Source: Candidatus Dojkabacteria bacterium (GTDB taxonomy: Bacteria > Patescibacteriota > Dojkabacteria > J137). From it: a DNA stretch of 62,001 bases. The notes beneath the pieces were generated by a model. That model was not told the DNA's origin. It did not search any database and saw only the letters and a list, made by a program, of their open reading frames with translations. Below are positions 17,910 through 27,304 of this stretch, piece after piece (the stretch's first letter is position 1; every line of letters starts with the position of its first letter). A program made the position numbers and the translations under genes. Location: NCBI GenBank assembly GCA_040006935.1, contig JBDTVZ010000004.1, positions 1 through 62,001 on the forward strand, given 5' to 3'.

Positions 17910-18916
17910 AAAATGTAATTAATAAACAATCCTGCAATGGCAGAAAGCAGAGTGACTAGTAAGGCAATCGTAATTAAAGTCTTTGTTTTAAAAGTACTTT
18001 TAAGCATTGCTAAAACCTTTATATCTATCATTGGGCCAAAGAGTAAATAGGAAATAATCGATCCTACTGTAAAGCTAGAAGTGTAAGTAATTACTAAAAA
18101 TGAATCTACACTGGAACATACAGAAACAACCAAGGCAAATAAAATCATTGCAGCAATTGAAAGAGTCGGACTTTGCCCAATAGACAAAACAATATCTCTA
18201 AAATAAATACTTGTGACAGAAGCAATTAAGCTACCGAATACCAGTGCAGATGCAACGGTTATAAATTCTCGTTGGAAAATATCTAGACCTTGAGTGAATT
18301 TATTTTTAATAATTTCGTCTTTATGATCGCAAACTTCTTTATAGAATTTATCAGTCAGCATTCCAAATTGATCTGTTTTGTAACTTAATAAAATTCCAAT
18401 AAAGTTTGCAATCATAAACCCACCAAGAACTCTAGAAACAATTATTACAGGATCTGGATAAATATCTTTAAAAGCTTCGTAAGTTGTCCAGATTGTAATT
18501 GGATTAATAATGGGAGCAGCTAAGAGAAAAGTAACAGATTGCGAAACAGTAAATCCCTTCATAATTAATCTTCGTGCCACAGGAATATTTCCACATTCAC
18601 AAACTGGCATAAATACTCCAAACAATGAAATCAACATATGTGATAGAAATCTATTCTTAGGTAGAATTTTTATTATCCATTCTTCTTTAAAAAATAATCC
18701 AACTACGACGGAAATTGCCACTCCAATAAAGAGAAACGGAAATGATTGAATTAGAATGCTTCTGAAGGTAGTCAAAAAATCATTCAGAGTTCTAAGCGTA
18801 TCTGCACCTGCAGGACTCGTCAAATAAGTGTCTGGTCTTACTGTAATAAAAACAAATAGTGTAAGGATTAGTAGGGCAATGAATAGCTTATTGAGTGTGG
18901 AGTTTTGTATTTTCAT
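17906..18916 (-). CDS. Predicted permease (ArsP_1/YcgR-like family) with CxC motif
   Basis: 336-aa polytopic membrane protein with MPVCECGNIPVARRL. It shows the canonical pairing with a DUF1980 gene. Confidence 0.7.
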   Translation of the reverse strand: MKIQNSTLNKLFIALLILTLFVFITVRPDTYLTSPAGADTLRTLNDFLTTFRSILIQSFPFLFIGVAISVVVGLFFKEEWIIKILPKNRFLSHMLISLFGVFMPVCECGNIPVARRLIMKGFTVSQSVTFLLAAPIINPITIWTTYEAFKDIYPDPVIIVSRVLGGFMIANFIGILLSYKTDQFGMLTDKFYKEVCDHKDEIIKNKFTQGLDIFQREFITVASALVFGSLIASVTSIYFRDIVLSIGQSPTLSIAAMILFALVVSVCSSVDSFLVITYTSSFTVGSIISYLLFGPMIDIKVLAMLKSTFKTKTLITIALLVTLLSAIAGLFINYIL

Positions 18917-18936
18917 AGATTATATTTTATCATAAT

Positions 18937-19006
18937 GGCTTACCACCGTAGGTTATGTTTCTGGCAGTCCGTTTTAGTGGGTTGGATTACCATTTCACCT
19001 GGCCGT
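18937..19006. repeat. Dispersed intergenic repeat, copy C (ttaccacc family)
   Basis: ggcttaccaccgtagg...ctggcagtccgttttagtgggttggattaccatttcacctggcc. The closest match is copy B (agtcctgttatgtgtggttggatcatgtttc). Confidence 0.5.
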
Positions 19007-19078
19007 CTTCAAGTCCACTTTTCTCTTTTCTAATTTCCCTTTTCATTCTATACTGGTATTAATTATTAAAATTTTTTT

Positions 19079-19363
19079 ATGCTAACTTCATTATTTTTCA
19101 CAATATTAAGGACAGTTGCAATTCCTTATGTAGCTATTATATTTCTTAGCCAAACGGCTTTAGGAGAAAAGGGTGCTTTCATTGCTGTTACAGTTACTGT
19201 AGTTTTAGTAACTATCATCGCTTTAATTTGGCAGGTTCTGCAAATACTTGGGAATACGGTTGTTTTGCGAGGGGGAAAAGTTTTTACATTGATAATTACA
19301 ATTATTATTGAGATAATCGCCGCTGTTGGGTTTGTAATAGCTTATCAGAGTAAATTTGGTTAA
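19079..19363 (+). CDS. Small integral membrane protein (3 predicted TM helices)
   Basis: 94-aa hydrophobic ORF with no recognisable family. Confidence 0.4.
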   Translation: MLTSLFFTILRTVAIPYVAIIFLSQTALGEKGAFIAVTVTVVLVTIIALIWQVLQILGNTVVLRGGKVFTLIITIIIEIIAAVGFVIAYQSKFG

Positions 19364-19372
19364 TTTTAAATT

Positions 19373-20395
19373 ATGAAATCATTATTTGTAAAAGATCTTC
19401 AAAAGAATTTATTGATTGATAATGAAAGTTTCATTATTAATGCCGTGGAAACAGCAGAGGATAAGAATGGGAAACTTTATGCCAATATTACTATTGGTGA
19501 TAAAACTGGAAAAATCTCAGGGAAAATATGGTCAGATAAACTCCCTATGATTGACAAGAGAACTTTAAAGCCCGGAGCATTGGTTAGTATCTCTGGGAAA
19601 ATAGATGAGTTTAAAGGCACTCTACAGGTTAATATTTATGATGTTGTGCAAGTTGATGAAACTAAAATGGATGATTTCTTAGAAAGTAGTTTATACGATG
19701 CAGATGAAATGTATAAAGAAATTATTACTTATGCAGAATCTATAGAAAGAAAAGATTTAAAAGCAATAATATTAAAAATTTTAAAAGATAAAGATATTGA
19801 AAGAAGGTTTAAATATTGGCCTGCAGCGGAAATAGTTCATCACGCATTTCGTTCTGGACTCTTACAGCACGTTCTTGAAATGCTAAATATTATGGATAGT
19901 ATGAAAAGATTTTATCCAGACGTGGATTACGACATTTTAAAAGCGGGTATTATTCTTCATGATATTGGAAAAATTGATGAATTCAACTTCTCAGGTGTAA
20001 ATACTGAATACTCAAAACTGGGGACATTAGTTGGGCATATTGTTAGAGGTTCACAAATCTTTACTGAGTTCGGCGGGGATAAACTAGAAGAGAATGTCTA
20101 TTTACACGTTATGCATTTAATACTTTCACATCACGGGATATTAGAATATGGAAGTCCAGTGGTTCCTGCTACTGTAGAAGGATTAATGCTAACAAATATT
20201 GATAATCTTTCTGCAAAGTCTCGAACTGCAGATACTGCAAGAGCAAGTATAAAAGGTGATCAAGAATTTACTAATAGAATATTCTGGCTAGAAAATGCAA
20301 AAATTTGGAAAGGAAGTAATTCAACCAGTTTATCTAAAGATTCTGTAATTTCTTCAGAGGAAACTCCAGCTTTAGATGCACCAAGCTTGTTTTAA
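19373..20395 (+). CDS. yhaM: OB-fold + HD-domain 3'-5' exoribonuclease, YhaM-like
   Basis: N-terminal OB fold (ITIGDKTGKISGKIW...ISGKIDEFKGTLQ). HD domain residues HHAFRSGLLQH, ILHDIGK and LSHHG. Confidence 0.7.
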   Translation: MKSLFVKDLQKNLLIDNESFIINAVETAEDKNGKLYANITIGDKTGKISGKIWSDKLPMIDKRTLKPGALVSISGKIDEFKGTLQVNIYDVVQVDETKMDDFLESSLYDADEMYKEIITYAESIERKDLKAIILKILKDKDIERRFKYWPAAEIVHHAFRSGLLQHVLEMLNIMDSMKRFYPDVDYDILKAGIILHDIGKIDEFNFSGVNTEYSKLGTLVGHIVRGSQIFTEFGGDKLEENVYLHVMHLILSHHGILEYGSPVVPATVEGLMLTNIDNLSAKSRTADTARASIKGDQEFTNRIFWLENAKIWKGSNSTSLSKDSVISSEETPALDAPSLF

Positions 20396-20937
20396 TTGAG
20401 AGCATCTCTAAAAATATTAGAACTTTTTCTAGCTTGCATTAATTCTACCTCAGATTGAATTAAGCTTTCAGTTAGATTATCTAATAAATATGTAATGGAA
20501 CCTACGAGGCTCTCAAAGGCTTCTACCAAGTTAATTCCCGATGGGCAGTATTCACTTCCGGTTAAGTCTTTGTATTCACACAATAAAATATAATATTGTG
20601 CAGTATTGATTCTCATTATAAATAAGCCTGCAAATCCTGCGTTAGTAATATTCTCATTTATAGGAATGGTTATATCATCAAAAGAATTATCCTTTGCAAT
20701 TTTTTCTAAAAAATCAAAATATACTGAGTTAGTTTTGGAAATAAATTCAGAATAATTATAAATTTCTCCAGACAGTGCAGAGAAAATCAACATTTTTATT
20801 TGAATTTTTAGTTCAACCACAAGTTTTTGAAAATCTTCTTCTTTAATAAAAGTTTGGAAATATTTTCTAATTTTTTGGTCATCAATAATTTCAGGATCGA
20901 AATTCATACCACCTTCATTTCGTTCTGTTAAATTCAT
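20392..20937 (-). CDS. Hypothetical protein
   Basis: 181-aa ORF with no recognisable motifs. It converges on yhaM and shares a TTAA stop overlap with it. Confidence 0.4.
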   Translation of the reverse strand: MNLTERNEGGMNFDPEIIDDQKIRKYFQTFIKEEDFQKLVVELKIQIKMLIFSALSGEIYNYSEFISKTNSVYFDFLEKIAKDNSFDDITIPINENITNAGFAGLFIMRINTAQYYILLCEYKDLTGSEYCPSGINLVEAFESLVGSITYLLDNLTESLIQSEVELMQARKSSNIFRDALN

Positions 20938-20962
20938 ACGTAACTTTTAATAATTATTGTAT

Positions 20963-20991
20963 TTGCAATGGTTTCATTGAAGCATTAAAAT
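20963..20991 (+). promoter_or_regulatory. Putative promoter of the ABC operon (TTGCAA-17-TAAAAT)
   Basis: Hexamers at 20963-20968 and 20986-20991, 30 nt upstream of ATG 21022. Confidence 0.5.
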
Positions 20992-21021
20992 ATCACTTAC
21001 TTATCTTAAAAATTTTTCTCT

Positions 21022-21966
21022 ATGATAGAACTAAAAAATGTAAAGAAATCTTATGGAGCCAATATAGCAGTTAATGATATTTCTTTAAAGATCAATAAAG
21101 GGGAAATCGTTGGATTACTTGGTCCTAATGGTGCTGGGAAAAGTACAACAATGAAAATGCTTTGTGGTTATCTCGTTCCAGAAGATGGAATAATTGAAAT
21201 TGACAGTAAGAATTTAAAAGAAAACATGCAGTCCTCAAAACAAAAAATAGGTTATATGCCTGAAAATAATCCATTATATAAAGATATGCGAGTGGGGGAT
21301 GCAATTGATTTCGCAATGGATTTAAAAGATATTCCAATTGAAAAAAGAAAGGAGATGATGGACAGAGTAATTAAAGCAACTGGTTTACAAGATGTTTTCT
21401 TTAAACAAATTTCCGAACTTTCTAAAGGTTATAAGCAAAGAGTAGGAATTGCTCAAGTTCTTGCGGGTGACCCCGACATTCTAGTCTTAGACGAACCTAC
21501 TGAAGGATTGGACCCAAACCAAAGATCTGAAATTAGAACATTAATTAAAGAATTAGGAAAAGATAAAACAGTAATTATCAGTACTCATGTTATGCAAGAG
21601 GTTGAAGCAATGTGTACGAGGATAATCTTAATAAATAAAGGAAGAGTTATTGCAGATGGAGATAAAGATTCAATTATTAAAGGAAAAAATAAAGATGCAC
21701 TTATTAAATTAAGAATAAAATCTAATTCTGATCCAAAACCTGAAGTTTCTAAAATTGAAGGAGTTAAAAATATAAATACCATTAAAGTAGAAGGTGATAT
21801 TAGAAATATGGAGGTTACTGTAAAGGATGCTAATAAATTTTTCGAAGAATTTAATACAAAACTCAAAACTAGTTCATGGGTGATTTTTGAAATTCAACAG
21901 AAGCAAGAAAATCTTGAAGAAGTATTCAGGGAGTTAACTATGGATAGTGCTCCAATTAAAAATTAA
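21022..21966 (+). CDS. ABC transporter ATP-binding protein (ABC-2/GldA-like)
   Basis: Walker A GPNGAGKST, signature LSKGYKQR, Walker B ILVLDEPTEGLD. Confidence 0.85.
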   Translation: MIELKNVKKSYGANIAVNDISLKINKGEIVGLLGPNGAGKSTTMKMLCGYLVPEDGIIEIDSKNLKENMQSSKQKIGYMPENNPLYKDMRVGDAIDFAMDLKDIPIEKRKEMMDRVIKATGLQDVFFKQISELSKGYKQRVGIAQVLAGDPDILVLDEPTEGLDPNQRSEIRTLIKELGKDKTVIISTHVMQEVEAMCTRIILINKGRVIADGDKDSIIKGKNKDALIKLRIKSNSDPKPEVSKIEGVKNINTIKVEGDIRNMEVTVKDANKFFEEFNTKLKTSSWVIFEIQQKQENLEEVFRELTMDSAPIKN

Positions 21967-21978
21967 GAGAAAACAAAA

Positions 21979-22581
21979 ATGAGAGAAATAGAAATTAGGG
22001 TTAAATTGTCCAGTGATGATATTTCGCTTTTACAATCTTGGTTGAAAAGCAATGCTAAATTCAAAACAACAGTAGAGCATACTGAATTCTATTTAAATAA
22101 TCTAGATAAAAGTTTTTTCTATACATCTAAAACTGGTTATAAAGATGCAAAGGATTATCTAAGAGTTAGAATGACTGAAAAAGGAGATTCTGTTTGTTTA
22201 AAAAGGTTCGAAATAGATTTTGAGACTGGAAAATCAAAAAATATTGATGAAATCGAATACAATGCATCTAACGGTCAGGAAGCATTTAAACTTTTCAAAG
22301 CTCTTGGTTATACGGATATTACGGATGTATCTAAAACTAGAGATGTTTATGATTATGAGAATTATGAGATTGTAATTGATAATGTGAAAGGATTAGGTTT
22401 TTTTGCTGAAGTTGAGCTTAAGAATTTTCCTGAAGATAAAGATATTCGTGAAGGGTTCAAAATCATAAGATCATTTATACAAAAGATGGGTTTTAAAACA
22501 TATCTTGAATGCAAAAGAGGTTACGTATCTATGCTTTGGAATCCTGACTTTAATTTTACGGAAGAAATTACTTTAAATTAA
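21979..22581 (+). CDS. CYTH-domain protein (CyaB/ThTPase-like triphosphate tunnel metalloenzyme)
   Basis: N-terminal EIEIRVKL (ExExK-type motif with R), DYLRVRM, GFFAEVEL. Confidence 0.65.
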   Translation: MREIEIRVKLSSDDISLLQSWLKSNAKFKTTVEHTEFYLNNLDKSFFYTSKTGYKDAKDYLRVRMTEKGDSVCLKRFEIDFETGKSKNIDEIEYNASNGQEAFKLFKALGYTDITDVSKTRDVYDYENYEIVIDNVKGLGFFAEVELKNFPEDKDIREGFKIIRSFIQKMGFKTYLECKRGYVSMLWNPDFNFTEEITLN

Positions 22582-22598
22582 TATTATTTACAATCATT

Positions 22599-24974
22599 AT
22601 GAAAATTAAGAAACCATCACTTAAGAAACTCACAATAAAAAGACCTAATCTCGTAGCTTTAAAAAATAAAATAAAAAAGCCTGATCTAACTAATGTAAAG
22701 ACTTTCCTAAAAATAAATTCAACTAGTAATGTAAGACTATCTCTTTTACTTGCTAGAAAGGAACTTTCAAATTATTTCTCTTCACCCATAGCATATATAA
22801 TTTTAACTATATTTGTAGTTGTAGTCTCTATAATTCTATTTGCTGCATTGCAGTTCTTACAATTTGGAACAGCAGATCTAACCCAGCTTTTTACAGCAGT
22901 TAGTTTTACCTTCATATTAATAATTCCTGCTCTTACAATGGGAGCAATATCACGAGAAAAACAAACTGGAACAATAGAGTATCTTTTAACTCAACCTATA
23001 ACTGAATTTCAACTATTGATGGGGAAGTTCCTAGCTTACGCAGGGTTAGTCTTAATAATGCTTTTCCTTACACTTCCCTTGAGCATAATGATTAATTTAA
23101 CTTCAACTTTAGATTTTGGGCAGGCATTAATGCAATATATAGGAGGTTTTCTTCTTGGGCTATGTTTTGTATCTATTGGTATTGCAGTATCATCATTTTT
23201 TAAAAACGAAATTGCATCACTACTTACCTCCTTGTTCATCTCTGTAATGTTTATAATAACTGGAACTCAATTCTTCAACTTCTTTCCGTTAGAATTACAA
23301 TCATTTATAAATAAATTTAGTCTTTTAGCGCATTTTCAATCAATCTCACGAGGTGTTTTAGATGTACGAGATGTCTTATACTTCATTGCATTTATAGCTG
23401 TTTTCCTAAGTATTGCTTACTATAAAATTGTTAGTGAAAAATTTCCATCTAAAGATGACTATTTAAAATATTCAAGAATCCTATTATCTGTAGTTCTAAT
23501 TGTGGTTCTTTTAATTGGATACTTTGGTCAGTTAATCCCAGGGAGATTTGATGCAACTTCAGATCAAAGATATACTCTCTCATCTGCAACTGTAGATCTG
23601 CTTAACAAATTGGATAAAGATTTCAATATAACTTTGTACGAATCCAGCAACCTTCCACAAGATTTTCAACCAATTAGAGTAGATGTTGAGGATATTTTAA
23701 GAGACTATACTTTTGCATCAAACGGGAAAATTAAAGTAATACTGAAAGATCCACAAAACGATAATATAGCAAAAGAAGAAGCCACCACAGCAGGAATAAA
23801 ACAAAATATATTTGCAGTAGCAAGTAATGATTCAACTCAACAGGTAGTTGGATTTTTCGGATTAGTATTTAAATATGGTGATAGTACAGATATTCTAAAT
23901 CTAAATTCAGGGATAACTAGTGAACTCGAATTTCAACTAACTAAAAAAATTAAAAAAGTTTCCGGAATAGATAGGTCTAAAATTGCATTTGTAAGTAATA
24001 ACGTTAAGCAATCTTTAGCAAGTACTTATAAAAATTTAAATTCAGATTTATCGGAACTTTTTGATGTCACTGATTTAACTTTAGATACAACAACGCAATC
24101 TATCCCAGCGGATGTAAAAGCTGTAATTCTTGCAGGACCAAACCAAAAATTTGATGCGAATGCTTTAACTAAGTTGATGGATTATTATAAAAATGGTGGT
24201 TCAGTATTTCTATTAACAGATGCAGTTGATGTAGATCCGAGTGGCCAACCACAAAAAATTACTGACAGTTTATCCACTTTATTTGCAGATTATGGTGTTA
24301 AAGTAAATGATGACTTAGTTTATGATAATAAGAGTAATAATCAAATTCAAACAGGCACAGGACTTTTCCCTACGATTATGAATTATCCCTTCTGGTTAGT
24401 TACAAGTGCAACAGATGCAGGGAAAGCTACATTTAAAGATATTGGGACTTTGACAGAGTTATGGGGAAGTTCTATAAGTATAGATAATAGTAAGGTAGGA
24501 GCAAACAAGGTAAATACTCTATTTGAAACAACATCACAATCTAATGTTGCAACACTTCCAAATATTAATATTCAACAAACGGGAAGCATTGCATCTAAGA
24601 GTGACGATAGCAAAAGAATAATCGCAGTTTCTATAGAAAATGAAAAAGGGGGAAGAGCTATTGTGGTAGGAGATTCTGACTTTGTAAGTGATGATATTCT
24701 AGGTGCCTTAAACGGAAGACCAGGCTCCCAAGATTCACTATCCATAGCATTTGGCACATCTAGTGTTGAGTGGTTAACAAAAGATGTTGCATTATCTTCT
24801 ATAAAAGTTAAGAATAGAATAGCAAATAAATTAAGTCCAGATTCAGAAAAAACTGCGCTTATAATTGGAGTTGGAATTGTATTTCCAATAGTCTTATTTA
24901 TAAGTATCGGAGCGTTTAGATTCTATATGAGAAAGAAAGAATCGAATGATGTTTATGAATTTACAACTTTATAA
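22599..24974 (+). CDS. Fused ABC-2 permease (GldF-like) and GldG-like auxiliary domain
   Basis: The N-terminal ~280 aa hold six TM helices. The large extracytoplasmic domain begins DQRYTLSSATVDLLNKL...ITLYESSNLP, followed by a C-terminal TM. Confidence 0.7.
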   Translation: MKIKKPSLKKLTIKRPNLVALKNKIKKPDLTNVKTFLKINSTSNVRLSLLLARKELSNYFSSPIAYIILTIFVVVVSIILFAALQFLQFGTADLTQLFTAVSFTFILIIPALTMGAISREKQTGTIEYLLTQPITEFQLLMGKFLAYAGLVLIMLFLTLPLSIMINLTSTLDFGQALMQYIGGFLLGLCFVSIGIAVSSFFKNEIASLLTSLFISVMFIITGTQFFNFFPLELQSFINKFSLLAHFQSISRGVLDVRDVLYFIAFIAVFLSIAYYKIVSEKFPSKDDYLKYSRILLSVVLIVVLLIGYFGQLIPGRFDATSDQRYTLSSATVDLLNKLDKDFNITLYESSNLPQDFQPIRVDVEDILRDYTFASNGKIKVILKDPQNDNIAKEEATTAGIKQNIFAVASNDSTQQVVGFFGLVFKYGDSTDILNLNSGITSELEFQLTKKIKKVSGIDRSKIAFVSNNVKQSLASTYKNLNSDLSELFDVTDLTLDTTTQSIPADVKAVILAGPNQKFDANALTKLMDYYKNGGSVFLLTDAVDVDPSGQPQKITDSLSTLFADYGVKVNDDLVYDNKSNNQIQTGTGLFPTIMNYPFWLVTSATDAGKATFKDIGTLTELWGSSISIDNSKVGANKVNTLFETTSQSNVATLPNINIQQTGSIASKSDDSKRIIAVSIENEKGGRAIVVGDSDFVSDDILGALNGRPGSQDSLSIAFGTSSVEWLTKDVALSSIKVKNRIANKLSPDSEKTALIIGVGIVFPIVLFISIGAFRFYMRKKESNDVYEFTTL

Positions 24975-24986
24975 AAATAAATAATT

Positions 24987-26000
24987 ATGGACCCATATGA
25001 GTTAATAGGCGCAAGTCCAAATGATGACGATTTAAAATTAAAAAAAGCTTACCGAACTAAAGCTAGGAAATTACATCCTGATCTTAATCAATCTCCAGGT
25101 GCTAATGATCAGATGACGGAGTTAAATTTAGCATGGGAAAAGATAGGAGAAGATATAAAAGAAAGAAAGAAGACTCCAGAAGTCATTGAAACCTATGAGG
25201 ATTTACAAAGAGAATCAGAAGCTCAAGAGCAAAGAGCAAATCAGCCACCTATACAAACTAGTCCTGCTTCAGAAAGGTTTAGAAGAGAATCACAAGAGGC
25301 TCCTCAAAATAGTGGTGATCAACCAGAAAATCCAAAACCTAGACCCGTTGAAAATATTAGACCAACTTCGAGTTTTGCAGGTGCTTTAAGAAATTCAACT
25401 TCTATGTATAGAAGAAACTCAACACTAAACGATCCAGCCCTAGAAGCAAGAAGAAAACATGATATTGAAAGGTTCAACATGAACAGATCAAGATTTGAAA
25501 TTACATTGATGCCAAAGGATGTAAAAGATATTAGTTATGGGCTAGGAGATCTAAATCTAATTAGAAATTTTTTGGTTCACAATGAATCTGTAAAAGAGGC
25601 TATTAATACCTCTGATGGACTTTATAAAAATTACCAAGAAAGAGAGCGTGCAAGGGAAGAAATATATAATAAACTTGTTCAGCAAACAAAGTATTTAATG
25701 CAACTCTATTTAAATAGAAATGTTTATGATTCTGATGCAGGTTTTAAATCCGAAATACTTAAGGCTGTAGAAGTAGTAACAGGTTTCCTAAAGAATTTTT
25801 TAATTACAGAGATATCAGAAAGACTTGAAATCGTTCAATTGGAATTAGAATTGCCTAAAGGAATGGAATTTTGGAATTCAATAAGTGAACCAATTGATCA
25901 GGATTTAAGATTAGATTTTGTAAAAAAAATGGTTGAAGGAATGGAGCTTGAACAAGTAATTGAACTTACGCAAGAATTGCGACAAGATAAAATTAAGTAA
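24987..26000 (+). CDS. J-domain protein (DnaJ-like co-chaperone with a non-canonical C-terminal region)
   Basis: DPYELIGASPNDDDLKLKKAYRTKARKLHPDLN contains the HPD motif. There is no Gly/Phe or zinc-finger region. Confidence 0.7.
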   Translation: MDPYELIGASPNDDDLKLKKAYRTKARKLHPDLNQSPGANDQMTELNLAWEKIGEDIKERKKTPEVIETYEDLQRESEAQEQRANQPPIQTSPASERFRRESQEAPQNSGDQPENPKPRPVENIRPTSSFAGALRNSTSMYRRNSTLNDPALEARRKHDIERFNMNRSRFEITLMPKDVKDISYGLGDLNLIRNFLVHNESVKEAINTSDGLYKNYQERERAREEIYNKLVQQTKYLMQLYLNRNVYDSDAGFKSEILKAVEVVTGFLKNFLITEISERLEIVQLELELPKGMEFWNSISEPIDQDLRLDFVKKMVEGMELEQVIELTQELRQDKIK

Positions 26001-27162
26001 TCAAATTTTCAATCTCATCAGCAACATTCTGAGGTGCTTCTAGAATTATCTTACCCTTGGCAATTTCTTTACAAGCATCAATATTCTTTCCGTTGAATCC
26101 TTTTCCAGTTTTGATTTGATTTAATCCTAATAAAATAGTTTGATAAACTTTTTGAGAAGGCAAATTATCTTTCTGGGTAATAATAAATCCAAGTCCAGTT
26201 TCCTCTACTAGTTTCGCGTTCTTAGTCTGTTCATCTTGCGATGTCCATGGAATCGGCATTAAAATTGCAAGTTTTCCTAAAGCCATAATTTCGGAAACTG
26301 TATTTGCTCCAGATCGTGCGAACACAATATCTGCTTTGTTAAATACATCACCAATTTCTTTACTACCAACATAATCAATAGGAGCGTATCTAATTGCCAG
26401 TTCACCTTTCAATCCTTTTTTTAATTCTAAAGCTTTGCGATAATCACTGGTAACGCTCGAATTTCCAGTTTGGTGAATAATATTACATTCTTGTAATAAA
26501 TTCGGAAGAAAATCAAAAACTCTTTTATTAATTTCATTTGCACCTTGATTCCCACCGGTTATATAAACTGTAGGTTTGTGAGGATCTAAGTCTTTTGTTA
26601 AATCAGAAGGTTCAACTCTAAAAATTTCTCTCCTGATTGGATTACCTGTGAGAATAGTTTTATTTGCAGGAAAATATATTTTTGAAGATTCCCAGGAAAT
26701 ACAAATTTTATTAGCGAATCTACTAATTATTTTATTAGCTAGTCCAGTAACAATTGTTTGTTCATGGGTTAGGATCTTGATTCTGAAAATCCAAGCACAA
26801 ATTACTATCGGAACTGCAATATATCCACCAAAAGAAATGATAGCTCGTGGTCGATACTGCATAATAATAAATAACGATTGAAAAAATCCAACAAATATTT
26901 TAAGAAAACTAACAATCGAAGGTAAAAAATTTGATAAAACCCATTTTCTATTTAATTTCCCAGTTGTTAAATTAATAAATTTAATTCCAGCTTCTTCCAC
27001 AAGTTTAAATTCTGCAGAAACCTCGGTATTACCTTGTTGATTAAATTTATGACCAGTCCATAGAAAATTTGAATAACCTCTTTTTTTTAATTCAGAGATA
27101 ACTGCTAACGCAGGTGTAACATGACCCCCCGTAAAAAGTAGCAAAACATCCTTTTTTGACAT
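25993..27162 (-). CDS. murG: UDP-N-acetylglucosamine:lipid I GlcNAc transferase MurG
   Basis: FTGGHVTPALAV N-terminal motif and GT28 architecture, 389 aa. Confidence 0.85.
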   Translation of the reverse strand: MSKKDVLLLFTGGHVTPALAVISELKKRGYSNFLWTGHKFNQQGNTEVSAEFKLVEEAGIKFINLTTGKLNRKWVLSNFLPSIVSFLKIFVGFFQSLFIIMQYRPRAIISFGGYIAVPIVICAWIFRIKILTHEQTIVTGLANKIISRFANKICISWESSKIYFPANKTILTGNPIRREIFRVEPSDLTKDLDPHKPTVYITGGNQGANEINKRVFDFLPNLLQECNIIHQTGNSSVTSDYRKALELKKGLKGELAIRYAPIDYVGSKEIGDVFNKADIVFARSGANTVSEIMALGKLAILMPIPWTSQDEQTKNAKLVEETGLGFIITQKDNLPSQKVYQTILLGLNQIKTGKGFNGKNIDACKEIAKGKIILEAPQNVADEIENLIT

Positions 27163-27252
27163 ATATTCAAGACTTTAAGATTATGATTTATTTTATCATA
27201 AAAATTTGTGACAAAGTTCTTAACTAATTTAGTCAAAATTAGCCAGAATTTC

Positions 27253-27281
27253 TTGACATGAGCTACATATCTATCTATTAT
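27253..27281 (+). promoter_or_regulatory. Putative promoter (TTGACA-17-TATTAT)
   Basis: Hexamers at 27253-27258 and 27276-27281, 24 nt upstream of ATG 27305. Confidence 0.5.
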
Positions 27282-27304
27282 AAATACGTACCAGTAATAT
27301 AAAT

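Noticed and set aside
18950-19010. Possible riboswitch in the 5' UTR of the permease operon. The minus strand reads ...ccaggtgaaatggtaatcc..., faintly like a cobalamin riboswitch.
   Set aside because: There is no B12 box. The segment is one copy of a dispersed repeat that also occurs downstream of genes and between convergent genes.
20392-20395. Convergent genes sharing a palindromic TTAA double stop (also at 44113-44116), and 8-20-nt convergent overlaps at 25993-26000 and 60108-60127.
   Set aside because: This is consistent with simple genome compaction. There is no evidence of a regulatory role.
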